Shown piece by piece: positions 48,601 to 58,003 of a DNA stretch of 64,000 bases (its first letter is position 1; the number at the start of each line of letters is the position of its first letter). This DNA comes from a virus. The stretch spans positions 35,878-99,877 of the IMG/VR virus record IMGVR_UViG_3300045998_000148; one strand, written 5' to 3'. The notes below the pieces were generated by a model, which saw nothing but the letters and a program-made list of their open reading frames with translations, did not search any database and was not told the DNA's origin. The position numbers and the translations under genes were made by a program.

Positions 48601-51112
48601 AAGTCGAGAATATCAGCTCGCTTTTTTAAATTTCGAGAAGGATATGCTAGTAGACGCCTTGAATACTATCTCAAGGGAAGCGCGGGCGATCGGCGGCACT
48701 CAGCGCACGACCGAGCGCACCTTGCAACAGCACTTGAAGCGATTGCAGGCTAAGATCGACCGCGTTCTGATGAGTCAATCCAAACACGATGAGTTTGATT
48801 TCGAGTCACTGGGAATTGACTCCATCTTTTTTGATGAATTTCACGTCAATAAGCGCTTTCCGATTCAGACCAAACAGCAAGGCGTTCGCGGCATTCCCTC
48901 GGGCGATTCTCAGCGGGCGATCGATACCTATTGCAAGCTGGCCTACACTTTGGGTCAATTTTTTGCCGACCTCAAGCACGAGGTAAAGGGCAAGGTTGTC
49001 GCCGCTACTGGGACGATGCTTTCAAACACGATTGCTGAGATATACGTCTGGCAGCGAATGTTGCAGTTGCCCCTACTCGAAAAAATGGGTACGACTCACT
49101 TCGATGCTTGGGCATCTCAATTTGTCGAAATTAGTTCCGACCCAGAGGTTAAACCTGACGGGCGCTATGAGATGACCGATCGGATGAAGAGTTTCTATAA
49201 TATTCGCGTCTTACGCGCCCAAGTCGAGCAATTTGTCGATTTCTTTACCCCTAAAGACCTCGATGACGCCGCCATTGTCGCCAAGCCGACCGCGCATTAC
49301 ATCGATTGCGTCTGTCCGCCTAGCGAAGCACAAAAGCAATTTCTCAAGACTGCCCTGCGGCGGGCGGTTGCCATTCGCAGGCGGCAGGTTACGCCCGAAG
49401 AGGACAATATGCTCGTGCTGACCACCGATTTGATTAAGGCCAGTTTGAGCGTCCGACTCCTTTGCTGGAAGGAACCCCAACTCGACAATAAGATTCACTC
49501 CCTCGCCCTTAACGTCCTGTTTATTTATCGGGAAACCAACGGGACGCAACTTATTTTTTGCGACCTCTCTACCGATAAGGGGGAAGGCGAATTTAGCGTC
49601 TATCGCTACATCCGCGAGCTGCTGGTCGCCTGCGGCATCCCCGCCGACGAGATCGAGTACGCTCAAGACCACAAAAACGTCGAGCGCCGCAACGAATTGC
49701 GCGATCGCGTCAATCGCGGCGAAGTTCGCATCGTCATTGGCTCGACGGCTACGCTGGGGACGGGCTGCAATTTTCAAGAGTGGGGGCTGCACGCCCTTCA
49801 TCACCTCGACGCGCCGCACCGCCCGACTGACCTCGAACAGCGCGAGGGGCGCGGCATCCGCCAGGGGAACGGCAAAAATCAACTGGGGGAGGATACGACT
49901 TTTGCCTACTGTCTCGTCTTTCGCTACATTACCGAACGGCTCGATTCCCTGCGCTGGCAGGCGCTTCAAAATAAACGCAATATGATCGTCCAGTTTTTTG
50001 AAGGCCGCGACATCGACCAATTGCTCGAAATAAGCGAAGAAGAACGCCCCCTGACCTACGAAGAGGTCAAGGCACTCGCGACGGGCAATCCCCTACTTAC
50101 CGAAGATGCCCGACTTCGCAAGGAACTCGACGGCCTTCTCGCCCGCCAGCATCAATTTAATACGACTCGCCATCGCATTGCTTGGGATTTGAAGGCGATC
50201 TCTTCTCAAATAAAGGGCACGCTTTCTAAAATTGACGCAATTGAAGATTTTTTCCTCGCTCAAGGCGAGCCGACCCCCAGAACTCAATTGCAGTTCTTTG
50301 GGCTGGAACCCTGTAAGGTTCCCCTCGGCGATGCTCTCCGCCTCGGCCATACTTTTCGCGCCGTCGCCAATCAACTTAAGGGCAGGCGGCACGATATCTA
50401 CCCCATTATTTGCAAGCTGGGCAAGCTGGCGATCGCCCTCGAACATCAGACAATATACGGTTATACGTTCGTGCTGATAGGCAGTGCCATTGCAAAGGGC
50501 GAGGCAGTCGGGGAAAATACGGCAGATCGGCACTGCGAGGGCTTTACTATTAAGCTAAAGCAATTGACGGGCAAGCAAAATAGAAGCTATGACCTCAAGA
50601 GCAACAGCACGCCGGATGAGGCCGAACGAATTGGCGCTCAATTGCAGAAAATTTACCGCTTCGCCCTTTTGGATTGGCGCGATCGCCTGGTCGATGTCGT
50701 CTCTCACTTAAATCACAGTCAGATGCAGTTAGAACGGCAGCAATCACAAGGGGCTTTTTCTCAGAGCGATCGCATCTTGGAGGTGCGCGATCGCCTTGCT
50801 GAAATTGCAGAACTGCTGAAAGAAGATCGCGACATCCTCGAATTTGAAAAGGAAGAAGACCGCCCCATCGTTTACGATGACCTGGATTTTTCCCCAACCG
50901 AGTTTACCGTCCGCTATCTCCTGCACGGGCTAACTCAGTTTCAACCCGATTGGGCTTCCCTTCTCTCTCAAACGGTGACGAAATCGCGCTCTGGGGTGCT
51001 GCCCCTGAATGTTCGCGACGATGCTATCGAGGATGACGATTCCGACGATTCCGACGATTCCGACGATTCCGACGATTCCGACGCTCTCCCTCTTACCTGG
51101 CAGGTTAATTAG
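45695..51112 (+). CDS. Adenine methyltransferase-SNF2 helicase fusion (DarB-like)
   Basis: YFTP, VLEPGCG.G.F, IGNVPFG; VGAGKT, DEFH, ATGT..SN...E, LEQREGRGIRQGN. Confidence 0.88.
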   Translation: MSKKAITGAIAAISSLKSERPDPGCLMQFQGWGNCKALFAGDSTSEIAQYLLDVPANAPNKKDWLLEARRQLRDLLTPAEWQQARGSALTSYFTPPHLIDALWKAVRQIGFDFGRVLEPGCGRGDFIARSNLAQQSFFGIESDPITAAIAQALNPNAAIYNKTLEGVDFPDGYFDLAIGNVPFGSYRATDPRYAQLGGNIHEYFLAKSLDLVRQGGIVALIVPVSLFQRKNPSFRRYVGGYEDRVQVSIAKKERDRLRQEAKRSGMDSKTSIPSYKYERFRYGGIAKLVEVIWLPDSTFEGTQAQAAIAVFQKNRQGDFKPWTETTEFSINFAAFERDRAPQTVRVNRFFERELRLRQVDGINRLVNASSDPMFDDPPRFLGSPDINPLYGEGLSCADSGRDIAADIAAIFKWTPKVYGQPIDRIFDGQILSPEMQDLREGEFVFHEGRHYFRKEALLKPVPTVTEFVYRGKKYTIDRTGDRIADFIRLASATERLARAQSDPAPIAPLQTVCRIFYATFVRRWGHFKQKGFNANEVLLSGDPRYALTAELERWDGDRVVPSPILTERIGRVYGEPETCDNPRDAIIASLNRFGRIDINYVARLLGDTVERLSEYLAHKQLAFFDPDKGDWAFCDEYLSGNLREKIASALSHSGSLDLAANIKALRSALPKPILPRTPDRELAIECLEDLDIPVAELDERELSEYLDRRFTVELGATWIAPEVYARFARERLEIKIIEVSYLPPIATFFVSGDSRDRSQWGTEDMTSLQVYDCALNLKRPRIVRRNADGSFDYHNSELATRMVVAKIEDMNRDFVDWIWSDRKRTIEVSTLYNLNINSCMPRQFTGDWLELPGLNPAIELYPWQQRGIARILQSQSTFLSWCVGAGKTLALIVAAEEMLRLDMARRPIVVVLNGTEGQFLNEWKVAYPASNVALCPRAKKDRTSFLASLPHRTKGAIVMTHSQFFMLRVSREYQLAFLNFEKDMLVDALNTISREARAIGGTQRTTERTLQQHLKRLQAKIDRVLMSQSKHDEFDFESLGIDSIFFDEFHVNKRFPIQTKQQGVRGIPSGDSQRAIDTYCKLAYTLGQFFADLKHEVKGKVVAATGTMLSNTIAEIYVWQRMLQLPLLEKMGTTHFDAWASQFVEISSDPEVKPDGRYEMTDRMKSFYNIRVLRAQVEQFVDFFTPKDLDDAAIVAKPTAHYIDCVCPPSEAQKQFLKTALRRAVAIRRRQVTPEEDNMLVLTTDLIKASLSVRLLCWKEPQLDNKIHSLALNVLFIYRETNGTQLIFCDLSTDKGEGEFSVYRYIRELLVACGIPADEIEYAQDHKNVERRNELRDRVNRGEVRIVIGSTATLGTGCNFQEWGLHALHHLDAPHRPTDLEQREGRGIRQGNGKNQLGEDTTFAYCLVFRYITERLDSLRWQALQNKRNMIVQFFEGRDIDQLLEISEEERPLTYEEVKALATGNPLLTEDARLRKELDGLLARQHQFNTTRHRIAWDLKAISSQIKGTLSKIDAIEDFFLAQGEPTPRTQLQFFGLEPCKVPLGDALRLGHTFRAVANQLKGRRHDIYPIICKLGKLAIALEHQTIYGYTFVLIGSAIAKGEAVGENTADRHCEGFTIKLKQLTGKQNRSYDLKSNSTPDEAERIGAQLQKIYRFALLDWRDRLVDVVSHLNHSQMQLERQQSQGAFSQSDRILEVRDRLAEIAELLKEDRDILEFEKEEDRPIVYDDLDFSPTEFTVRYLLHGLTQFQPDWASLLSQTVTKSRSGVLPLNVRDDAIEDDDSDDSDDSDDSDDSDALPLTWQVN

Positions 51113-51933
51113 TGGCGGATCGGGTTTACTTCGCTACTGACGACTGCGACAATCCCCTGCTCGTATTTGCAGGGGACGTTCCTTTTGCCATTCACCGCAA
51201 AGTCGATACCTGCACTCGCATCATCCTTTCTGCCCTCGAAGAGTCGATCTCGGAGCAACTTAAATTGCAGGCAGGCTCGACGCCTTACTCTGATGGGGAC
51301 GTTTCCGAGGAAGTCTCCTCTAAAGTACGGCAGCTCTACCTCGAAACCCTCGCGGCCTGGGCGTCCCCCGAAAGCGAGGGCGAAAAAGCAGAGCTGCAAA
51401 AAATAATAGGCGACTCTAAAAATTCGGCGATCGCTCCCTATTTTGTCATGCTGCGCCAACTGACGGGGATTCCTTTTTCTGCCGCGTCCGCATTTCGCTT
51501 TTATATCTACGACCCGGAGCGATCGCCAGAAGGGGAGTTGATCTCTGGCTTGGCATGGCTGATGGAAGTACCCGAGAACGAATACGACTCCTCTGACTCT
51601 GAAGATTTGGAAGGATCGCCCCTGACGACAAAGGATGTTTTTCTCGACATAGAAATCGAGACGAGGCTGATGCTCAAGGAAAGCTTTTCCCCCGATATCT
51701 TTACGACTCATGCTATCAGCGAACTGATTTTGATGAACCGCTACCTGGGCGAACTCAATCGCCGCCAAAATGCGCGGCTCGAACGCGAAATGGACGGCAA
51801 AAAAGACCGAACCCGAGAACTGAATGCCGCCCTCAATAGCGACAGCGAAGAACCCGTCGCCCCCGCCGAAATAACCTCCGACCTTCGCGATCGCCTCGAC
51901 CAGGCGGGGATTGATTTACCCGAAAATGTGTAG
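51112..51933 (+). CDS. Hypothetical acidic protein
   Basis: Start overlaps the previous stop. Confidence 0.6.
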   Translation: MADRVYFATDDCDNPLLVFAGDVPFAIHRKVDTCTRIILSALEESISEQLKLQAGSTPYSDGDVSEEVSSKVRQLYLETLAAWASPESEGEKAELQKIIGDSKNSAIAPYFVMLRQLTGIPFSAASAFRFYIYDPERSPEGELISGLAWLMEVPENEYDSSDSEDLEGSPLTTKDVFLDIEIETRLMLKESFSPDIFTTHAISELILMNRYLGELNRRQNARLEREMDGKKDRTRELNAALNSDSEEPVAPAEITSDLRDRLDQAGIDLPENV

Positions 51934-51958
51934 CTCGTCCTTTTTTTCTGGAAAGATC

Positions 51959-52135
51959 GGACAGACAAAACAGACGGGACAGACGGGACGGGACGGACGG
52001 GACAGACGGGACGGGACAGACGGGACGGGACGGACGGGACAGACGGGACGGGACGGACGGGACAGACGGGACAGACGAGACAGATGGGACGGACGGGACA
52101 GATGGGACAGACGGGACAGACGGGACAGACGGGAA
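51959..52135. repeat. Low-complexity GACGG/GACA(G) tandem repeat tract
   Basis: Directly visible intergenic tract. Confidence 0.9.
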
Positions 52136-52193
52136 CAAGTTTTTGAATCGTCTGGTCTGTTCGTCCAGTACGACAAATCAGGAACGAGGAAAA

Positions 52194-52901
52194 ATGGCCC
52201 ATATCGACGATCTCCCCTTAGAATCTTTTGACTTAAACGGAAAAACTCTGGTAATGGCATCCGATCTGAGAGATTTTCTGAGCATTAGCCGCAGTGCTTT
52301 TTATGGGCGATTGAAAGAACTCAATTTCACGCCCAGGCGCATCGGCAAGGGTTCTTATTTGCTGGCCGAACAAGCTCAAGTCATGGCCGAGCTGCATTAT
52401 TTTTTGCACGAAGGCGGCAAGCTGGCCGTGTTTGTCGAGCGGAATGCCAATCGCCTGAATTCGGATCGTCCGGTCAGTTCGGATCGTCCGGTCAGTTCGG
52501 ATCGTCCGGTCAGTTCGGATCGTCCGGTCAGTTCGCTCAGTCCGACCCGTTCGCTCAGTCCGACCCGTTCGATCGTTCCTGCACTTACCGAACAGATCGA
52601 ACAGGTCGAACAGGTCGAATCAATTGTTTCCGCCGACTGCCAGGAAATTGCTGCCGCATCCACTAATTCGCAACCCTGCTGGCGCTACGAGTATTTTGAG
52701 GTTTTGGAAAGAGCGTGCGATTGCGGCTGGCTGTTCCCGACTAACGCCTTGGCTCAATTGCTGCACGTCAATCCGGCGACAATTTTGCGTCAAGGCTCAA
52801 ATTTTGCCGCCCTCGGCTTTTCTTTTACTCGCGCTGGGGATCGTTGGAATCGCTCGATTCAGTGGAAGGTCGCGAAGGCGATCGCCTGCCTCGCTAGTTA
52901 G
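52194..52901 (+). CDS. HTH DNA-binding protein with 18-bp internal repeats
   Basis: LRDFLSISRSAFYGRL HTH; C-terminal LE.A...GWL..T..LA.LL.V...T...GF.F.R.G domain. Confidence 0.6.
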   Translation: MAHIDDLPLESFDLNGKTLVMASDLRDFLSISRSAFYGRLKELNFTPRRIGKGSYLLAEQAQVMAELHYFLHEGGKLAVFVERNANRLNSDRPVSSDRPVSSDRPVSSDRPVSSLSPTRSLSPTRSIVPALTEQIEQVEQVESIVSADCQEIAAASTNSQPCWRYEYFEVLERACDCGWLFPTNALAQLLHVNPATILRQGSNFAALGFSFTRAGDRWNRSIQWKVAKAIACLAS

Positions 52902-53419
52902 GGCTGCGTTTTGAATGCCTGTTCCTGGCGGATCATGCGGGTTGATGGGGTGAAGTCAATAATATTTTTTGTTTTCAACATCAGGCAAAGATCGGATATG
53001 TTCTGCTGATTTTGCAGCGCGATCGCCCCCGCTTCCGCCAGGGACTTATTGATTTTCTTTGTCTGGAGGGAATCGCCCTCAAAATAGGAATTGATTTTTT
53101 GCGTCAGTAACTCGAACTTGTGGTCGGTGTCTTTATTGGCGATCGCCGTTCGGCTGTCAATCTCCTGCTGCAACTCTTTGAAGCGACTCGTTAAATTGAC
53201 ATTTAAGGTCGAAATGGCGTTTTTAATTTCGTTCTCATCGTTTCGCCTCTTGACAAACCAGCTTATTGTCTGGCTCGACAGGGAAAGCAGGGCCACCGCA
53301 AATCCGACTGCGCCAAAAATAAGGCTGAATTCGACAGACGAGTTATTTGCGATGGAGCCGCTTCCCGCTGGGGACTGAGAAAAATTGGGAGCTTGCCCGA
53401 TTACTTGTTGTACTGCCAC
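52898..53419 (-). CDS. Membrane-anchored coiled-coil protein
   Basis: One TM helix followed by coiled coil. Confidence 0.6.
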   Translation of the reverse strand: MAVQQVIGQAPNFSQSPAGSGSIANNSSVEFSLIFGAVGFAVALLSLSSQTISWFVKRRNDENEIKNAISTLNVNLTSRFKELQQEIDSRTAIANKDTDHKFELLTQKINSYFEGDSLQTKKINKSLAEAGAIALQNQQNISDLCLMLKTKNIIDFTPSTRMIRQEQAFKTQP

Positions 53420-53576
53420 GATGCCAAGCTCCCAATCCCTACCGTTCAGATATCCCGCTCTACGATCCGTATCATACTAAGGTTGCGATCGCGATCGCTT
53501 CCGTAGCAACACCCGATCGCCTGCGAATCGATCGCGAAACGAGGGGCGGTATATGCGATCGCGATCGCGAATCAAT

Positions 53577-53897
53577 TTACCGTTTTGTTTCGCATTCGCT
53601 GCCTTCAATTGGCACGAGCTTGCGCCCGTTATTCTCGTCAGGCGCAATCTTCACGCCGGGAACATAGGCAAGCGCCTCGGCAACCGCATAAGACCCATCC
53701 AAATTTCTCTGCTGCGTCGTGACTTGCACCACGCACCCACCGACGATTTCAATCGCCTTGGTCGATTTCAACCAGCCCTCGCTTTGGCTGGACGCCTTAC
53801 AGAGCAATTGGAACATATCGACATTCCCGACCACTTCAAGATCTGGGACGTTCTGCCTCGTGCCGGATACGTCTCTGTTGTGCAGGGTCTTTTCCAC
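53577..53897 (-). CDS. Conserved phage hypothetical protein
   Basis: KASS..EGW.KSTKA.EI..GCVVQV.TQQ...VAEAL..VPGV motif; GGAG RBS. Confidence 0.7.
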   Translation of the reverse strand: MEKTLHNRDVSGTRQNVPDLEVVGNVDMFQLLCKASSQSEGWLKSTKAIEIVGGCVVQVTTQQRNLDGSYAVAEALAYVPGVKIAPDENNGRKLVPIEGSECETKR

Positions 53898-53902
53898 TGT
53901 CT

Positions 53903-54022
53903 CTATCTCCTATTCCTTGAGTTGTTTTGCGTCTTGCAAATGTATTCGCCCGCTTGCTGTTTTTTGAATCGCTGTATCAGATCCGATTGTTCGCTGTCGC
54001 TGTCGTGTGGGGTCTTTTCCAT
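53903..54022 (-). CDS. Small ORF (39 aa) whose start duplicates that of the next gene
   Basis: MEKTPHDSD versus (M)EKTLHNRD; GAGG RBS. Confidence 0.4.
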   Translation of the reverse strand: MEKTPHDSDSEQSDLIQRFKKQQAGEYICKTQNNSRNRR

Positions 54023-54070
54023 GCGCTATCCTCTATTTATTGTACTGTCTTGCGCCTCGGTCGAGAAAAG

Positions 54071-55018
54071 TTAGGCGCTCAGAGTGCCGTACAATTCTAC
54101 CTCGCCCATAACTCCATACCCTAAAGACACCAAGGATGTCCACCTGAAATAAGAATAAGGAATTATATTATTGATCATTCCACTATTATAAAATCCAGAG
54201 CTTCCTACAGCGCCAGGATTTACGCTGGCTTGTATGGTATCCCAAGTTGTGCCATCCTGACTAGCTTGAAAGCTAAAGGTACTCCAATAACTAGGCCAAC
54301 CGTGATCGGTACTGGCTTGTAAGGTATATCTATTTAATACCAGCGTTTTGTCGTTCAATAATCGTATTTGAATCCAATTGCCAGCACTAAAGCCCGATGG
54401 ACTATGCCAACAACCATTAGTGCCATTGGTACTGCGATCCACCATTTTATTCGGAACTCGCTGATCGATAAATCCAGCACTGGCAGAACACAACACTGCA
54501 TTTCTTACGGCATCGGGATTCGCAAAAGAAGTTACAAGTCCCAATGTACCCAAATAGTACATTGCTCCATTGGCATCTCCATTGCTTTGCCAAGTTAATT
54601 CAATTCCTGCTGGTTTTCTAGACGGAATCCAGTCTTGTGAAACAGCACCCTCTAACAACAAGAGCTGTGTCGCACTTATTCTTACAAACTTAACTGACGT
54701 ATTTCTAGCAACAAAAAGCCCCCTGTCTACGACAAAAGGAGTGACAACTCCCGCTACATTTCTAATGTCTGCCCATTCATCGTTAAATAAGACTATTCCA
54801 AAAAGGTTTGGATTGGCATTTACAACGTGAATCACCGAACCGACAGGAGCCGTTACCTCTTGTTCTATATTGGCATTAATCGGATCGGTATAAATGCAAT
54901 TTATACTGTTGCTGAAATCGGTACTGTAATTGACAAAGCCTATACTGCCCTCACCTCCAACTTCCGGGCTTGCTCCGACAGCTCCAACTTTTTTATATCT
55001 CGATCGCAGGGTTGTCAT
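54071..55018 (-). CDS. Discoidin/F5-8 type C domain protein, putative receptor-binding
   Basis: WHS...NWIQI.L...Y.L...FQASQDG.TW...YSYFRW...EVELYG. Confidence 0.7.
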   Translation of the reverse strand: MTTLRSRYKKVGAVGASPEVGGEGSIGFVNYSTDFSNSINCIYTDPINANIEQEVTAPVGSVIHVVNANPNLFGIVLFNDEWADIRNVAGVVTPFVVDRGLFVARNTSVKFVRISATQLLLLEGAVSQDWIPSRKPAGIELTWQSNGDANGAMYYLGTLGLVTSFANPDAVRNAVLCSASAGFIDQRVPNKMVDRSTNGTNGCWHSPSGFSAGNWIQIRLLNDKTLVLNRYTLQASTDHGWPSYWSTFSFQASQDGTTWDTIQASVNPGAVGSSGFYNSGMINNIIPYSYFRWTSLVSLGYGVMGEVELYGTLSA

Positions 55019-55028
55019 GGCGCTTCCA

Positions 55029-56684
55029 TTAAAATTTAGGGACGCTTGTTTTATAAAGATGCGAATTATCTAGACTGGAACGAATGTTGTTGTCTAGAGC
55101 CAATTGATACTCGTATTTTTCTATTGCCCTCTTGTCAGTCGTATCTACCCAAAGAAAATCGTATAGTCTAAAATTCCCTGCCGAACTTTCATTCCCAATA
55201 CAATAATGATAGACCGAGCTATTAGAAAGAGCCGCGCTGGAATTACTTGGAGTTGTCGTCCGAGGCTGTTCTATCCCGTTAATGCGAAATTTTGAGCCAG
55301 CAGGAGCAAACGCCCTATAGTTTTCAGCATAACAACTTATAATACATTTGTTTTCTAAGATATTAGCAGGTATCGTAAACTCCGAAAAATAGAAAGTGCT
55401 ATAACATCTAAATTTTGTAGGAGAGGTTAGAGCCAATGCCCAGGTAACAAAACTCATGCTATCTATGTCGCGTTTCACATAGGCAAAGGGATAGTTTGAG
55501 GAAGCGTAAGACAAGACTTGAATTACAGCAATTAGTCCAACCGTGGTTCCTTGGTTCACCAAGGTCTTCATTGTCAGGGCTTTTAAAGTCTGATTGCTGT
55601 TAAATTCTATATATTTATTGGCTGCGTTATAAGTCGGCCTCGCCGCTCCCGAGGCGGTTAAATCTAGGGGCGTACCGGGGGTAGCCGAATAAAGAACGCC
55701 ATCCGATCGCAGGGCGATTACCTTGTCTGTATCGGCAACCGTCACTTTTCCCGCTTCCTGGATTGACAATCTAGACGGCACTGGAAATAAATTTTGTTCT
55801 AAATTAACGATCGAGTTATAGGAACTTATTAATGGAGGAGCCGACTTATGGATGTGATCGTTCGGCAACAAAGAAGTTAAATTCAAGCGATGGGCAAAAT
55901 ATCCTCTTATTTTTTCTATCTGTTTGTAAGAATCGGGATCTGTTACATCTAGTTGTGCGAGGTATAGGCACTTGACATCTATAGGAATATAAGAAGAGGA
56001 GTTATTACTTCCAAATCCGATATTCCCTTGTAGGAAATTAGACATTCCCCCATCTGTACTGGTAACGTATGTTTGAAAAGTTCCGCCATTTTTAGCGACC
56101 CTTATCGTATTTGTCCCACCTTGTCCGCTATGCGGGCGGAGGTCGTAGAAGACCTCCCACATCATCCAAGCATTCAATTCAAATCCACTAAAAAGATAGG
56201 GCTTGCTTCCCTGAGAGTTTGTCCTAATCCAAAGTTGATTGTTGCTACCACCCGTCACATGAAAGAGTATTGCAGTCGGCCCAGATATATTGAAGCCTCC
56301 TATATGGAGGTGAGGCGTCGAAGCATTTTGAAAGGAAGTTCTGAATACAAATAACGAATATAAGTAGTAAGTATTCAATCCGGCATAAGTCGCCAAGCCC
56401 TGTCCTTGATCGCCGTCTCCCGATCCAAATCCCCTGCCATGCCGCAAAGAATTACTGCCATTGCAGGAAACCATTCTTTCGCTGGCGTTAAAAATCGGCG
56501 CTCCCGCTCCGACGGGGAGGAAGGTTTGGCTCGGATTGTATTTATTCGGCCAGGTCGCTATATTTGACCCGGAGCTGAAGCTGAAATCGTTGTTGTCATA
56601 GGCTTCTTGCCAAAAAGCACCTGGAACTAAACTAGGAGTCCAAGGCTCAATTACCATTGTCGGGATATACGTCAATCGGTTCAC
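55029..56684 (-). CDS. Protein with two LamG/ConA-like repeats, putative tail-fibre component
   Basis: Two similar domain ends EKIRGYFAH...LP.DH.HKS.PP and EKYEYQLA...L..SH.YK..P. Confidence 0.6.
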   Translation of the reverse strand: MNRLTYIPTMVIEPWTPSLVPGAFWQEAYDNNDFSFSSGSNIATWPNKYNPSQTFLPVGAGAPIFNASERMVSCNGSNSLRHGRGFGSGDGDQGQGLATYAGLNTYYLYSLFVFRTSFQNASTPHLHIGGFNISGPTAILFHVTGGSNNQLWIRTNSQGSKPYLFSGFELNAWMMWEVFYDLRPHSGQGGTNTIRVAKNGGTFQTYVTSTDGGMSNFLQGNIGFGSNNSSSYIPIDVKCLYLAQLDVTDPDSYKQIEKIRGYFAHRLNLTSLLPNDHIHKSAPPLISSYNSIVNLEQNLFPVPSRLSIQEAGKVTVADTDKVIALRSDGVLYSATPGTPLDLTASGAARPTYNAANKYIEFNSNQTLKALTMKTLVNQGTTVGLIAVIQVLSYASSNYPFAYVKRDIDSMSFVTWALALTSPTKFRCYSTFYFSEFTIPANILENKCIISCYAENYRAFAPAGSKFRINGIEQPRTTTPSNSSAALSNSSVYHYCIGNESSAGNFRLYDFLWVDTTDKRAIEKYEYQLALDNNIRSSLDNSHLYKTSVPKF

Positions 56685-56723
56685 GAAAAAACCTGTTCGA
56701 TCGGGGTTTTTGCAAAGAGCCGC

Positions 56724-56864
56724 CTATTTTTTTTCGGGCTTTTTTTCTTTGCTCTGTCCTGGGGGAAGATCGTCTTTTTTAGCCAGACCCGGAGGAAGGT
56801 CGCCTGTAGGTGCATTTACTTGTAGGTGTTGTAGCGATGGGAGGTAGACAACAACATTAGCCAT
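56724..56864 (-). CDS. Small ORF (46 aa) with LPPGLAKK/LPPGQSK motif, not in the ORF track
   Basis: TGATG overlap with the upstream stop. Confidence 0.45.
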   Translation of the reverse strand: MANVVVYLPSLQHLQVNAPTGDLPPGLAKKDDLPPGQSKEKKPEKK

Positions 56865-57322
56865 CAGAGTACCTGTTCGATCAGAGTTACATCGTTGATA
56901 ACCTCTTCGACAAAAAGTTTTAAATTGGCGTCGGGAATTAACTCCTGTCGATAGCGCTTCCGTCCATTGCCTATTGACTCTAGCATTTCGTCAGTTGCGG
57001 GTAACGCGCCCTGTGTCAGCCCTGCAAGCACTATTTTTTTTGCCAGTGCCCTGCGATAACTGTCTTCCTCAATTGCCCTTCTCGTTACGCCAAGCAACTT
57101 GCTCTGAAGGGCAGAGAGAGGGGACGCGAGGGGTTCGGGGTCTTGTCCTTCTACAGGCTCGGGAGGTGGAGGAGCATTTGCTATGACAGTAGCGATCGCC
57201 TCGATAATTCCGCCCAAGGCAAAGAAGAGTATTCCTTCTACTCGATCGAAGAGGTCTTCGTCAATAGAAGCCAGCTTGACGGCCTTGGCACTTGTATGTT
57301 CCGGGATAGTAAATGTAATCAT
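56864..57322 (-). CDS. Hypothetical protein, possible fibre chaperone
   Basis: Coupled to the neighbouring genes. Confidence 0.55.
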   Translation of the reverse strand: MITFTIPEHTSAKAVKLASIDEDLFDRVEGILFFALGGIIEAIATVIANAPPPPEPVEGQDPEPLASPLSALQSKLLGVTRRAIEEDSYRRALAKKIVLAGLTQGALPATDEMLESIGNGRKRYRQELIPDANLKLFVEEVINDVTLIEQVL

Positions 57323-57999
57323 AATGCTGTGATTTGATATCGTATTTTCGCGTTAAGATTGACGCTGTTGGTAGAAGATACTACCTGTAATCGCAGTTGT
57401 TCGTTGGCCGTCATGGTATTGCCACCTGTTGCGGTATAGGTATTAAGGGAAGTCGTCACCGAATTAGAAGACAGTCCAGCAATGGCAGCAGCTCCGATCT
57501 TCCACGTTATCGTGGCAGATCCAGAATCGTTAAGAACCTCGACGCCTTGAATCTCAATATCAGAATTGGCAATATAAATCGGGACTTCCCCCGCGACTGG
57601 CACTCCAATTGTCACGGCCAGAGTCTCAATTACGGGCGCTCCAATCTCATCGACAAAATCTTCCGTGCCATAAAAAACCCACCTTCCGCCATAAAACACG
57701 AGTAGAAGGGTAGCTCCCTTAGAAGTAATTTCCAGGGAGGGCAGATCGTCGGTGGAGATTGCATCGCTGCCATCTGGATAGATCGTCAGGGGATTGGCCT
57801 CAAACGTCCCCTCGTAATCGACCAGTCCAATTCGATCGCCGTCTACTCCGGCAGGCAGGTTAAAAACTGTCGTTCCATCTAATAGATAGAGATTGCCCGC
57901 CGCGCCATTGACCGTCAGCTCGTTGGAATAGACCGGAATTAGGCCGCCGCCAGCTATGGGACTTTCAAGCTTTTTGTATATCGACCTTAAATCTGTCAT
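57319..57999 (-). CDS. Tail-fibre module protein (GGGLIPVYSNELTVNGAAGN module)
   Basis: Module shared with 59476-59946 and 61674-64000. Confidence 0.65.
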   Translation of the reverse strand: MTDLRSIYKKLESPIAGGGLIPVYSNELTVNGAAGNLYLLDGTTVFNLPAGVDGDRIGLVDYEGTFEANPLTIYPDGSDAISTDDLPSLEITSKGATLLLVFYGGRWVFYGTEDFVDEIGAPVIETLAVTIGVPVAGEVPIYIANSDIEIQGVEVLNDSGSATITWKIGAAAIAGLSSNSVTTSLNTYTATGGNTMTANEQLRLQVVSSTNSVNLNAKIRYQITAL

Positions 58000-58003
58000 A
58001 CGG

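Noticed and set aside
51741-52260. Overlapping ORFs across the GACGG tract
   Set aside because: Low-complexity translations of a non-coding repeat
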